From: an uncultured Candidatus Saccharibacteria bacterium
GTDB taxonomy: Bacteria > Patescibacteriota > Minisyncoccia > Phycocordibacterales > UBA9973
Reading direction: 5' to 3'
Assembly: GCA_964563615.1 (NCBI GenBank)
Contig: CAZLWF010000003.1
Location: 3,237-67,236 of the forward strand
Length of the DNA: 64,000 bases
The notes beneath the pieces were generated by a model, which saw only the letters and a program-made list of their open reading frames with translations, was not told where the DNA came from and did not search any database. The translations under genes were made by a program, and so were the position numbers. Shown in pieces: positions 19,696 through 29,362 of this stretch (positions within the stretch are counted from its first letter, which is position 1; the number at the start of each line of letters is the position of its first letter).

Positions 19696-20025
19696 ATGTT
19701 AGCCAAACAAAAGCGTATTACCAAACAAAGCTTTCCTAGAAAAGCTGATTTTCGTCTGTCTGACAATACACTATCGGCCACTATTACCCATATAAATCAA
19801 GGTAAAATACGTTTTTCTGTCGTTATCTCAAAAAAGGTCGCTAAAATTGCTGTTACAAGAAACAAAGCCAGACGCCGTATTTATGCCATTCTTGAGTCAT
19901 ATAGCACAACCAATTCCCCAATGCTTATTGTCATATATGTTAAAAAAAGTATAGAAAAGCTTACAAATCAAGAATTAAAAGAAGAAATTAAAAGGTTATT
20001 TCGCCAAACACCCCTAGATATATAA
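19696..20025 (+). CDS. rnpA: RNase P protein component
   Basis: Follows rpmH. Contains the RNR-type motif VTRNKARRRIY. The start is set at MLAKQKR, because the track ORF start at 19594 would overlap rpmH. Confidence 0.8.
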   Translation: MLAKQKRITKQSFPRKADFRLSDNTLSATITHINQGKIRFSVVISKKVAKIAVTRNKARRRIYAILESYSTTNSPMLIVIYVKKSIEKLTNQELKEEIKRLFRQTPLDI

Positions 20026-20032
20026 AGTCTCA

Positions 20033-20284
20033 GTGCATTCTATGGTAAAAAAAATTGTACTCATTGGTATTCGTGTCTATCAGAAGGTATTTTCACTAGA
20101 TACTGGCATATTGTCGTGGTTGGGCTTGGTCAAAACAAAGAGCTGTGTTTTTTATCCAACATGTTCTGAGTATACATACCAAGCAATAGCTAAATATGGC
20201 ATCTGGAAAGGCAGTAACCTTGGCATACGAAGGCTTTCCAAGTGCCACCCTTGGGCAAAACCTACCATTGATCCACTTGTGTAA
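20033..20284 (+). CDS. yidD: membrane protein insertion efficiency factor YidD
   Basis: CVFYPTCSEYTYQAIAKYGIWKG...RRLSKCHPW is the YidD signature. The true start is possibly MVKK at 20042. Confidence 0.85.
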   Translation: MHSMVKKIVLIGIRVYQKVFSLDTGILSWLGLVKTKSCVFYPTCSEYTYQAIAKYGIWKGSNLGIRRLSKCHPWAKPTIDPLV

Positions 20285-20323
20285 TATTCTTTCGTAATCC
20301 TTACTTTCTGCTACAATGGGAGA

Positions 20324-21079
20324 ATGTTACTATTACTTTGGAATTTTTTACTCTATAAACCCCTCCTTAATGCTTTAGTCTTTCTTACAACGATTGCTCC
20401 GGCGCACGATGTCGGTATTGCTGTTGTTCTCCTTACTATTGTCGTTAAATTGATTCTTTTCCCTCTGACACAGAAATCGATTATTAATCAGGCGAAAATG
20501 AAGAATATAGAGGGTGAAGTCGCAAAAATAAAGGCTGAAACACCTGATAAGACCGAACAAGCTAAAAAAACCTTTGAACTATATAAGGCAAATAAGGTTA
20601 ATCCATTTTCAAGTTGCCTCGTTGTGCTTATCCAGTTCCCTATCATTATTGCCCTATACCAGACATTCAAGAATGGACTAGATCAATATCCAGAACTTCT
20701 TTACTCTTTTGTTCATTACCCTGAACATATACGGACATTTTTCCTTGGATTTATTGATATAACCAAACACAGTCTACCGTTAGCAATTTTGGCTGGCGTA
20801 ACACAGTTTATACAAGCTCATCTATCCTTTTCATCAACTGCTTCACGCGTTCCTGTAAGCAAGGATGCATCGTTTAGTGCTCAATTGGGACAAAGCATGC
20901 AATTTCAAATTAAGTATCTCTTGCCGCCATTTATAGCCTTTATTGGCTATACCGTATCAGCAGCTATTGTGCTGTATTGGGTAACCAGTAACATAGTAAG
21001 TATTATTCAGGAAGTTATCATTAGAAAAAAAGCTGGCTTATTGGATACTAAATCGCTTTTTAAGTTTAGAAATAAATGA
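20324..21079 (+). CDS. yidC: YidC/Oxa1-family membrane insertase (short form)
   Basis: 251 aa polytopic protein with KLILFPLTQKS, ELYKANKVNPFSSCL..LIQFPI and LYWVTSNIVSIIQE motifs. Its TGA stop overlaps the jag ATG. Confidence 0.85.
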   Translation: MLLLLWNFLLYKPLLNALVFLTTIAPAHDVGIAVVLLTIVVKLILFPLTQKSIINQAKMKNIEGEVAKIKAETPDKTEQAKKTFELYKANKVNPFSSCLVVLIQFPIIIALYQTFKNGLDQYPELLYSFVHYPEHIRTFFLGFIDITKHSLPLAILAGVTQFIQAHLSFSSTASRVPVSKDASFSAQLGQSMQFQIKYLLPPFIAFIGYTVSAAIVLYWVTSNIVSIIQEVIIRKKAGLLDTKSLFKFRNK

Positions 21080-21537
21080 AAGATGAAACCAAAAAATTAT
21101 TAGATGATCTCATACTGAAAAGTGGTTTTGATGTTGTTAAAACTGAAGTGATTCTTGATGAGACTGGTTCGTACTATTGGTATCACATCGAAACTAGTGA
21201 GCCGAAATACTTGATTGGCCACAATGGAGAGACTCTACAAGCGCTTAACCATATAGCCAGAAGAATGCTTGAAACAACAGAGACCGCAGAAGATAAAACC
21301 ATACTGATCGATGTTAATAACTACCAAAAGACTCGAGTAGATAACTTGAAAACAATAGCCCATATGATGGCTGAGCGAGCGAGATTTTTCAAATCTAGTG
21401 TTGAGATTGACCCAATGACAGCTTTTGAAAGGAAAATCATTCATACTTTTTTAGAAAATAAAAACGACATCAAAACAGAATCAACAGGCATTGGTCGTGA
21501 CCGACGAGTAGTCATTAGATATATAGGGAACATCTAG
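21076..21537 (+). CDS. jag: Jag/KhpB-like RNA-binding protein (KH + R3H)
   Basis: 153 aa. R3H region FERKIIHTFLENKNDIKTESTGIGRDRRVVI. Conserved position after yidC. Confidence 0.8.
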   Translation: MKDETKKLLDDLILKSGFDVVKTEVILDETGSYYWYHIETSEPKYLIGHNGETLQALNHIARRMLETTETAEDKTILIDVNNYQKTRVDNLKTIAHMMAERARFFKSSVEIDPMTAFERKIIHTFLENKNDIKTESTGIGRDRRVVIRYIGNI

Positions 21538-21594
21538 GTAATTACGAATGCATACTCTATTTCAATTCGTCATTAGTAATTTTTAATTACAACT

Positions 21595-21664
21595 AAAATA
21601 AAACGATTATTTTCTTCTTGTAGGATGTAGGTCCTCAGTGCGAAAATAATCGTTTTATTTTTTT
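21595..21664 (+). repeat. intergenic hairpin repeat, degenerate copy B
   Basis: Perfect 19-20 bp outer stem aaaataaaacgattattttc / gaaaataatcgttttatttt enclosing cttgTAGGAtgtagGTCCTCAGTGC. It shares the GTCCTCAxTGC core but has no apical hairpin. Confidence 0.55.
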
Positions 21665-21667
21665 ATT

Positions 21668-23077
21668 TTAGTTGAGTTCATAACTCCAAAGTGATCCGTC
21701 AATTTTGTTGGTGAAATATATAAATTTCTCAGATGGATCAGCAAACAGTTTCGTCATGTCGATCGGGGATTGATTGATTGTGCTTGGATCGACAAGGTTG
21801 GCAAAGATGTTTGTTGTCAGGTTGATTCTCCAAAGTGAATCATCGAAGGCTACTTTGCCTTGGTACCATGCATCGGGGTATGTTTCGACTGGTAATGCCT
21901 TAGGTATACCGCAATATAGCATCTGGCTACCTATTCCCCAGGTGCATTTTTCAGGTAACGTCGCTAGTCCAAGATTTGCTGATACGTGGGTTAATAAATC
22001 ATACGAATAGAGCGAGTAACTGCCTGCAATTGTTGCGCCGTAGATAATTTTTTTTCCGTCAGGACTCATGAGAGTAGTTACCCCAGGAACATTGCCAAGT
22101 ATTTTTGTCATAGTGCCTGTTGTTGCATTGATAGAATACACATAGCCGCCAAGTATACCTGCTGGTTTAGTTGTTGCGATAATCGTTGAGCTATTTGCGT
22201 ATTGGATGAGCCACTCAGTAAATGCTGAATTCCAAAATTGTGATTTTTTAATACCAGTAAAATCCGTACTTGTCCCGAGTAGTCCCCCATCTGTTGGAGA
22301 TGTATAGAATATTTTTGTGCCATCGCTTGATTTTGCCATTTCAGTAATGTTTTCTGGCATAAAAGTGCCTTCGAGTGTATATGGTGTTGTAGCGAGTGGC
22401 ACTTCCTTTATTTGAAGTGACTCTTCTTCCAGGGAATGTGTGTCGAGAGGTAGTTGAGGTATGAGTGTTGCCATGTAGGTCTTGATTTTGCCTGTCGCGT
22501 CATCAAGATAGCGAAGAATAACTGATGTGCCAGACGCATCCCATATTGCCTCATGAATTCTTGGAATAGTTGTATTAGAAATCCTTTTTGTTTGCAAGGA
22601 ATCGGTATATGTTTCGTAGGCATGTGCCGTCTTGGTTTCAATGTACCGGATAGCTGTTGCTGGCTCCGTGGTAATGATTGGAGGTGGAACGATCGACAAT
22701 GATCCAGGTATGCCACCTGAATCCCCTTCAATTGCTGCTGGTGCGACAGGTGTCACTATGGTACGTGTTGTTAGAAATGCAATTGCTCCGGCCACAGGTT
22801 CAGTTGTAATATGGCGAAGTTTAGGCACTAGAGGCTCCTCGACTATTGGTTGAGGTTCACCAGAGACACTATCTGGAGGTATGCCATCATTTGTTGGAGG
22901 TAGTGGTGTAGGATTGTCATTCGTCTTTTGTCCAAACGGGAAAAGGTTTCGTAGGGTTATTTCGATATTGCTTGGATTTTGATTCATATCTGTTTTTTTC
23001 AAGAAAAATCCAATAGTAATGCATACAATGAGCAATATTCCAGCGATTAATAGTACTAATTTAAGTTTCTTATTCAT
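21668..23077 (-). CDS. membrane-anchored protein with PD40/TolB-like beta-propeller repeats (last gene of T4SS-like operon)
   Basis: 469 aa with N-terminal TM LVLLIAGILLIVCITIGFFL. Repeated SSDGTKIFYTS / SPDGKKIIYGA motifs. Confidence 0.7.
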   Translation of the reverse strand: MNKKLKLVLLIAGILLIVCITIGFFLKKTDMNQNPSNIEITLRNLFPFGQKTNDNPTPLPPTNDGIPPDSVSGEPQPIVEEPLVPKLRHITTEPVAGAIAFLTTRTIVTPVAPAAIEGDSGGIPGSLSIVPPPIITTEPATAIRYIETKTAHAYETYTDSLQTKRISNTTIPRIHEAIWDASGTSVILRYLDDATGKIKTYMATLIPQLPLDTHSLEEESLQIKEVPLATTPYTLEGTFMPENITEMAKSSDGTKIFYTSPTDGGLLGTSTDFTGIKKSQFWNSAFTEWLIQYANSSTIIATTKPAGILGGYVYSINATTGTMTKILGNVPGVTTLMSPDGKKIIYGATIAGSYSLYSYDLLTHVSANLGLATLPEKCTWGIGSQMLYCGIPKALPVETYPDAWYQGKVAFDDSLWRINLTTNIFANLVDPSTINQSPIDMTKLFADPSEKFIYFTNKIDGSLWSYELN

Positions 23078-23086
23078 AGATAGCTA

Positions 23087-24523
23087 TTAGCCGTTGCTAA
23101 GGCAAGATTGGTAAATACCGTATGCATTTTGGCCATATGCGCTCGGTGATGTTGCGCTGCACATACTGTTGCCGCCATTGTAGGCTGAGAATGTTTTTGC
23201 GTAGTCACCCGTGCATCCAGGCAGGCCATTAAAGTATTTCCAGATTTTAGCACCTTCAGTCAAATTTTTTGTCATATCTAACATGTCAGCTGGGGTAAAA
23301 CCATCACGAGTTGGGTAGATATTCCTACTCTCCCATGATGGTGGATTTGTGGTGTAGGTTCCAGAATCATACCCATTTGGGAAAAAAGTAACTTGTACGA
23401 GACCTATGCCATTACTAAATCTCCAATCAAGTCCGAGTCCGGGGGTGTTGGTAATCTCATTTTTACTAACATCATTTTTTTTATTTGGATCACTTGCACC
23501 ATTAAAGGTTACTCCTTTGTATGTTTTACCTGAGCTTAAGAAAGCTTTGTTGGATTTTGTACCTTTTACATTTGCGTCCATACCTATTTGTCCTGCTTGC
23601 CCTCCTTTAGTCTCTACTTGCAAAAGTGCGTGTAATACACAATATGGAATGCCAGTGTTTGTGGCAACGGTATGTGCTGCCGCATCAATCGCACCTGGAA
23701 GTGGTACAGCATTGCCAGTAATTGATTGGTAGACGGTATCTGGAATGATAATATCTTCGACAGCAATGCTCTGGGTGCTAATACCAAGGTGTAAGCGAAC
23801 TAAGTTAGGATTAATAGTATTAAGTATGAGGAATGCAGCTAGTGCAAGTAGTAGTCCCCCAATAGCATGCCCAATCATACCTTTGGCGTCTTCTTTTTTA
23901 GTAAATGACTCACTGCCCATGTAGGTAATCCCACCGAGTACTATCATGACAACAGCAAGTACCCCCGCAAAACCTATAGTAAATTTGACCACAATATTGA
24001 GATAATCCCCTAGTCCGGTTGTAGGAGTGACTTTTACAATGTTTGGCAATGGTGCAAGTAGACAATATTCGCCAGCTCCCTCATCGCACTTGATCTCACC
24101 ATTTTGAGTTGGCGCTGCAGGCAAGTTAACATCTGCATCTTGTCCATTTACTGTTCCCTTTGAGGTATCAGGTGTTTTAAACTGGTTTAAATTACTGACT
24201 GGAGCTTGATTGCTCGCATTATATAATTCAAAGTAGTAGGTCGTATTTGGTAGTACACCATCAATTTTCCCAGTAAACGTATTATCACTCAATGGTGTAA
24301 TAGTTTGCCCGGTTTTATCAAGTGACGAGGTACTGGTGCCGTATTTAACCTGCATAACCAAGTTTTGATATTCAAATACTTCCCCATTAAAGCTAAATGA
24401 AGTTGGAGTTGCTTCTGTAATGCTGTAGATGATTACTTGCTGGTCCGCATAGAGCAATCCATGGGGCAGGATTATTACAGCAATGAGTGCGAAAAAAAAT
24501 ATAATTCGTTGTATTTTTTGCAT
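23087..24523 (-). CDS. secreted FN3-like / two-TM hairpin / lytic transglycosylase-like protein (VirB1/PrgK-like role)
   Basis: 478 aa with a signal peptide. Central hydrophobic pair VVKFTIGFAGVLAVVMIVLGGITYM and GHAIGGLLLALAAFLILNTI. The C-terminal region with LLQVETKGG ... GIGLVQVT resembles the SLT catalytic Glu and GLMQ motifs. Confidence 0.6.
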   Translation of the reverse strand: MQKIQRIIFFFALIAVIILPHGLLYADQQVIIYSITEATPTSFSFNGEVFEYQNLVMQVKYGTSTSSLDKTGQTITPLSDNTFTGKIDGVLPNTTYYFELYNASNQAPVSNLNQFKTPDTSKGTVNGQDADVNLPAAPTQNGEIKCDEGAGEYCLLAPLPNIVKVTPTTGLGDYLNIVVKFTIGFAGVLAVVMIVLGGITYMGSESFTKKEDAKGMIGHAIGGLLLALAAFLILNTINPNLVRLHLGISTQSIAVEDIIIPDTVYQSITGNAVPLPGAIDAAAHTVATNTGIPYCVLHALLQVETKGGQAGQIGMDANVKGTKSNKAFLSSGKTYKGVTFNGASDPNKKNDVSKNEITNTPGLGLDWRFSNGIGLVQVTFFPNGYDSGTYTTNPPSWESRNIYPTRDGFTPADMLDMTKNLTEGAKIWKYFNGLPGCTGDYAKTFSAYNGGNSMCSATSPSAYGQNAYGIYQSCLSNG

Positions 24524-24524
24524 A

Positions 24525-25499
24525 TTATTCTAAATTAACGATTACTGATTTTTCTGCTGATTGAAAGAGGCGTGAAATACTTGCAATCGATACAGCGATC
24601 GATGCGCTCCCTGCAATACCTTCGGGTTTTTTGATAACTAACCAGTTCTTTTTGCTTGGTGTTGATATATTCTGACCATTTAATTTCCAACTATATTTCA
24701 AATCACTACTTACTGGATCAAGTGGTGAGAAAAAGTATGGCTCTGCGACAATCGTTGCCTCGCTGCTTTCTAGGCTAAATATGCTGCCTAGCTCATGGTT
24801 GTATAATATGCCTTCGAGTGGATTATAAATATAAAAAAGAATCTGTGGTTTACCGGTTGTGAGCGTGATGGTCTGTGTTCCTGTTGCTCCAGAGCTTACG
24901 TCGGTTGCTTTGACGCTTATTTGCTCTTTGGCATTCAAGTAACTTGTTTGAAACAAAAAGCTATTTTTACTATAGCCAGAAAAATCTGGGTATGCGTTAA
25001 AATTTCTTTGCCAGGCAAACGTCATGCTCGTAGGGTTTGCAATAGTGCCAGCTTTTACTTGTGGCATTGCAACAACTTTGATTACTGACTGGGATGATGG
25101 CATCGCTTTGCCTTTATAAAATGGTGGTACATGCGAATCAACGGCTTGCCAAAGAAGATCGATCGAGGTTGGCACTATCAGAACACTTTTTGTTATTGAT
25201 GAGCCATCAACTGAAATGATTGCTTCAACGGTGACTGATGTTCCGACACTGTCAGTTTTTACTTGATAGCTTATTGCTCCCGTTTTATTGAGTCCAATTT
25301 TGCCATTTACCTTCCAGGTAATGTCTGCGCGGCTTAAATCAATAGCAAAACTAGTTAATTTTATGGTGACAATTTGATCAGGCCCTGGAATTTCTGGCAC
25401 TGTCGATACACTGACATCGCTTTGTACTAGTTCTGCGTATGCGACAATAGTTAATCCGAAATATATCGAAATAATGAGGAGGATAAAAGCTTTTTTCAT
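24525..25499 (-). CDS. secreted hypothetical protein (324 aa)
   Basis: Signal peptide MKKAFILLIISIYFGLTIVAYA followed by beta-rich sequence. There is 1 nt between its start and the stop of the upstream... downstream neighbour is separated by a single base, so it is tightly packed in the operon. Confidence 0.7.
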   Translation of the reverse strand: MKKAFILLIISIYFGLTIVAYAELVQSDVSVSTVPEIPGPDQIVTIKLTSFAIDLSRADITWKVNGKIGLNKTGAISYQVKTDSVGTSVTVEAIISVDGSSITKSVLIVPTSIDLLWQAVDSHVPPFYKGKAMPSSQSVIKVVAMPQVKAGTIANPTSMTFAWQRNFNAYPDFSGYSKNSFLFQTSYLNAKEQISVKATDVSSGATGTQTITLTTGKPQILFYIYNPLEGILYNHELGSIFSLESSEATIVAEPYFFSPLDPVSSDLKYSWKLNGQNISTPSKKNWLVIKKPEGIAGSASIAVSIASISRLFQSAEKSVIVNLE

Positions 25500-25564
25500 T
25501 GCCTAAAGTATAGCATAGGAGCATAAAACGTAAATCACGTTCCTATTGAAATCAGTGTAACTTA

Positions 25565-27400
25565 TTACGCACTACCCTTTTCGCTTGCCTCTAGTTCTTT
25601 TTTTGCTTTTTGTATGGCGAGAACTTGCGAAGGATCAGAGGTAATAATCTGATCTTCGGTATATGAAGCAATCGTCTTAATCGCTACGTGTTTGAGTCCT
25701 GCAAAGAATATGCCTTCGCCAACACCAGATTCGAGGAGTAGGTATTTCTCTTCGTCTGTTAGGTTAAACGTTTTTTGTAGTAAATCGATCGATGATGGGG
25801 ACTGTTTCAAAAGAAATTGGATTGAAGAGTTCGTTACAATTGGTATACCGTAGGGACTTTTCATAAAGTCTGCAACGTCTTGGGTAATCGTAGCAAGTCC
25901 GAGATAGTATTTGCGGCCACGTTTTGCAATCGAGTAAAGAAACGATGCTGTATCTTCTGATTTCATCATCCACCAGGCTTCGTCAACAACCAGAAGGCGT
26001 TTCCTTAAGTTTTTACGGACAGAGTTCCATATATAGTGGGTCACAATATACATAGCAACAGGTTTGAGCTCGTCTTCCATATCACGAACAGAAAAGACAA
26101 CAAATTTCTTGTTGATGTCTACATTTGATGGTTTATTGATAAATCCTGCCCATGAACCGCGGGTATACTTGGTGAGCTTTTGAATGATTGACTCAGTTCC
26201 CTCCATGCCAGAGAGCACCATTTCAAAATCAGACATGAGCGGTGGCTCAATGTTTGAGAAATCAGAATTTGGAGTGATATCTTTGATGCCGTACGTTTCA
26301 GTGATCGCTCGGTCAATAATAGAATCTTCTTCAGGAGTGAGACCACCGAGCATGATGCGGAATAGTCCAACTAAGTTGATCGTATTTGACCTTAATACAT
26401 CAGCTGCTGTCTCGTCATCGTGTGGAATCGGCAAATCAAAAGGATTGATATGGTGATCAGATGATAGTGAAATATTAAAGTATCGTCCTCCGACTGCTTC
26501 AGCTAGGTATTCATACTCGCGCTCCGGATCGATAACGATTACTTCCGTATCAAACATAAGCGTACGAATGATTTCGAGCTTGGTTGCATATGATTTACCA
26601 GAACCTGATTTGGCAAAGGTAATCGAATTGTAGTTTTCGAGAGAAAACCGGTCAAAGATAACTAAGCTTGAATTGTGGCGGTTAATACCATAGAGAATGC
26701 CTTTGTCTGAGGTTAAATCAAAAGAAACAAAGGGAAAAATTGAAGATAGAGGCTCAGAATTAAGCTTCTGGTGCACATTCAAAAGATCGGTGCCAATCGG
26801 TATAACACTCTTGAAGCCTTCTTCTTGCTGGAAAAGTGCTGGTTTCAAATACACGAGCTTAGCATCGAGTATTGATTTGATTTCATTTTCAATTTTAAAA
26901 AGCTCATTTTCATTGTCGGCATACATAGTGAGGTACAGTCCAACATCAAACATTTTCTCCTGTGCTTGTTGTAGATTGTCACGGAGCGTTTCAATATCGC
27001 GATAGGCAGTATCGAGCATTGGGTCGCGCACCAAGCCGCGCGATTCGCGCATGTTGATCTGACTCTGTACCTCGGCAACTTTCTTTTGAAATTGTCTCAG
27101 AATGGTTGCGGTATCAATCGGATGGATGAAAATCGAAACATCAAAAATCTTATCGAGGTTGATAATCGGTGCAAACCAATTGTCAGTCAAATATCTCGGA
27201 TACGAAATCACGAAGAAAGTTCGTGCAATCTTGTCCCCTAGGTGCAATGCTTTGGGTTCAACTTGGAGTGCCGATGGTGCAATAACATCCTGCAGTTCAA
27301 GAGTTGCGGCTTCGTATATTTCCTGGGGTAAAACAGGCAACACTTGCTTGTCGCTCCCGCTTCCTTTTTTTGATTTTCCTAAAAGTCCAAAAAGTGCCAT
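25565..27400 (-). CDS. virB4: VirB4/TraC-like type IV secretion ATPase, C-terminal two thirds
   Basis: 611 aa. Walker A FAKSGSGKSYATK, Walker B RLLVVDEAWWMM, and the middle-domain pattern ARTFFVISYPRYL typical of Gram-positive-type VirB4 (PrgJ/TcpF-like). Confidence 0.85.
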   Translation of the reverse strand: MALFGLLGKSKKGSGSDKQVLPVLPQEIYEAATLELQDVIAPSALQVEPKALHLGDKIARTFFVISYPRYLTDNWFAPIINLDKIFDVSIFIHPIDTATILRQFQKKVAEVQSQINMRESRGLVRDPMLDTAYRDIETLRDNLQQAQEKMFDVGLYLTMYADNENELFKIENEIKSILDAKLVYLKPALFQQEEGFKSVIPIGTDLLNVHQKLNSEPLSSIFPFVSFDLTSDKGILYGINRHNSSLVIFDRFSLENYNSITFAKSGSGKSYATKLEIIRTLMFDTEVIVIDPEREYEYLAEAVGGRYFNISLSSDHHINPFDLPIPHDDETAADVLRSNTINLVGLFRIMLGGLTPEEDSIIDRAITETYGIKDITPNSDFSNIEPPLMSDFEMVLSGMEGTESIIQKLTKYTRGSWAGFINKPSNVDINKKFVVFSVRDMEDELKPVAMYIVTHYIWNSVRKNLRKRLLVVDEAWWMMKSEDTASFLYSIAKRGRKYYLGLATITQDVADFMKSPYGIPIVTNSSIQFLLKQSPSSIDLLQKTFNLTDEEKYLLLESGVGEGIFFAGLKHVAIKTIASYTEDQIITSDPSQVLAIQKAKKELEASEKGSA

Positions 27401-27403
27401 ATA

Positions 27404-28045
27404 TTATTCTAATTTAATATTTTGCTCTGTCTCGCCTGGATTAAATATCTTATAAAAAAGCTCAATGATTTCTTCAGTGCCAAGCTGAGTGCTTCGAATA
27501 CCGCATCGGTTAAGTCCTTGCTGGATGACAGTAATACGCTCTTCGAGTTGTGACCGTTTTTCTTCAAAAGCCGCTAATGCATCTTCTTTGGCTTCTTTTG
27601 ATGATTTATTGAAGCCAGTGAACATTTGGGTAATGCCGCCAGTATTACCTATGGTAGTTGCCGAATACGGGATAACGATAAAGAAATTCTTCGTCATGAT
27701 GTTTACCTGCTCGGTAAAGCTTTTGATGAATTCAATGTATTCTTTGGTCTGTACTTTGAGAAGTGGCTCTAACTGCTCCTTCATTCTGTTTTCAAGAGTT
27801 ACGAGATACGGCTGAATATTTAACCGGCGTGATTGGATAATAATCTGAGTTGAAAATTCAATCGAATTCAAGAAATTTTGAAATTGCAGAAGAATCGCAT
27901 GTTGTTCATCAGCTGACTTGAGCGACAGATTGATCGATGAAGCTATAACAACAGCTCGTAAGCCGCCATCTTTAAGTACGATGATGCCGTCGCGAACTTC
28001 TTTGATTGGCACAAACCCTTGGGTGGCCTTCGCATTGATTGCCAT
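27404..28045 (-). CDS. VirB4 N-terminal domain encoded as a separate ORF
   Basis: FVPIKEVRDGIIVLKDGGLRAVVIASSINLSLKSADEQHAILLQFQNFLN matches the N-terminal domain pattern of Gram-positive VirB4 homologues. It ends in TAA, in frame with the ATPase ORF, which starts 3 nt later. Confidence 0.7.
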   Translation of the reverse strand: MAINAKATQGFVPIKEVRDGIIVLKDGGLRAVVIASSINLSLKSADEQHAILLQFQNFLNSIEFSTQIIIQSRRLNIQPYLVTLENRMKEQLEPLLKVQTKEYIEFIKSFTEQVNIMTKNFFIVIPYSATTIGNTGGITQMFTGFNKSSKEAKEDALAAFEEKRSQLEERITVIQQGLNRCGIRSTQLGTEEIIELFYKIFNPGETEQNIKLE

Positions 28046-28081
28046 ATAGGGACAGTATACCATCCCTGAGCATGGTTATTG

Positions 28082-28483
28082 TTATTTTTTGTTGATATCA
28101 AGCACATCCAAGCTCCAAGAAATCTCTTTGAGCTTGCTGCCGGAGAGTCGTGGGATAACTGAGGCTGGCAATTCAGTGTCTTTTTTCTCGACAATTTTCT
28201 TTTTAGGTTCGCGTTTCCAAATGTAGAGCTTTGACTGGAAAAAATATCGTAAACTATTTTCAAGTACGAATATAAATGGCTTATTATTTACTTTATAGAA
28301 TGCAAGCGCGAGGGCAAGTCCCCCAATCGGTGCAATAAAAAGTACAGCAAAGAAAAAAGGCAGTAATCTATATGCAATAAAGCAAAGTCCTGCTCCACCT
28401 GCGAGGTAGACGAATTGTTTGAAGGTAAATGGTCCGAATATCTTGTCTTCAATGTCAATAAATTGTGGAACTTGGAATCGCAT
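28082..28483 (-). CDS. PrgI-family (VirB3-like) two-TM protein
   Basis: MRFQVPQFIDIEDKIFGPFTFKQFVYLAGGAGLCFIAY... then a second TM. This is the classic PrgI-family N-terminus, in the expected position directly upstream of VirB4. The start is moved to M17 of the track ORF. Confidence 0.7.
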   Translation of the reverse strand: MRFQVPQFIDIEDKIFGPFTFKQFVYLAGGAGLCFIAYRLLPFFFAVLFIAPIGGLALALAFYKVNNKPFIFVLENSLRYFFQSKLYIWKREPKKKIVEKKDTELPASVIPRLSGSKLKEISWSLDVLDINKK

Positions 28484-28490
28484 GTATGTA

Positions 28491-29357
28491 TTATATAGCT
28501 TCTCGATATAAATCTTTTTGTTTATCTGCACTACCTGTCACTTGAGGTAATGTGTAATTGCTTTCTTGTTTTGGAATCTTAAATGTCGTCTGTAATTTTT
28601 GAGCGACAACATTACCTTGAGGTGCTGGAGCTTGTGTTGGAGTAGGTGTTGATGGTGCAGTAGATTCTGGTTGATTTTTAGGCATGCCGACAAATTGCTG
28701 TGGCACTGGCATGTCTTGGAGTTTTACTGTAGGTGGGATGATTTTTGGTGTTTGGACAGCACTTGCTATGCCAACATTAGCAGGCTTTTGTATTTGTAGA
28801 TGAGGCATCGATGTGTCGTTTCTGGTTGGATTCTCGAGTGACTTTATGAGAGCATCTCGGGTTAACGCTTGAGCGTCTGTAGTATCTAATGCATCACTAA
28901 TAGTGGTCTCTCTCGGTTTGATGAGTTCGATCTTTGCATCCTTTAGAATATTTATGGTGTTTTTCTCTTGAGTTGGACTGTTGAGATCAACAGAAATTAT
29001 TTCATCCTTATGGATTACTGGAGTATCTTCTGATGAAAGTGTTTGACCTTCAATCATTCTCTGTCGCAAGGCACCAAAAATAAGTTCATTAACGTTATCT
29101 ATAAATTTTTGGCTATCCTCTCTCTCAAGCCCTAATTCGTCTATGACCATTGCTGAAAATGCGTCAGCACTTATAAGTCCAACTATAAACATAGTCACTG
29201 AATTGATAAATATACCAGCTTTGTCCGTATGTAGTTTATATTTTTCAATCAAGAAATGCTCTCGATCGTCAATATCAAGTTCAAGCATTGCAGTGGTTAC
29301 TTCAGGTGGTAATACATTGAAAGCACTATCGATTTCTTCAGGGGTAAATGTCCTCAT
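28491..29357 (-). CDS. hypothetical protein with one hydrophobic segment and a Pro/Gln/Thr-rich C-terminal half
   Basis: 288 aa. GIFINSVTMFIVGLISADAFSAMV. C-terminal PQQFVGMPKNQPESTAPSTPTPTQAPAPQ. Confidence 0.65.
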   Translation of the reverse strand: MRTFTPEEIDSAFNVLPPEVTTAMLELDIDDREHFLIEKYKLHTDKAGIFINSVTMFIVGLISADAFSAMVIDELGLEREDSQKFIDNVNELIFGALRQRMIEGQTLSSEDTPVIHKDEIISVDLNSPTQEKNTINILKDAKIELIKPRETTISDALDTTDAQALTRDALIKSLENPTRNDTSMPHLQIQKPANVGIASAVQTPKIIPPTVKLQDMPVPQQFVGMPKNQPESTAPSTPTPTQAPAPQGNVVAQKLQTTFKIPKQESNYTLPQVTGSADKQKDLYREAI

Positions 29358-29362
29358 ATGTA

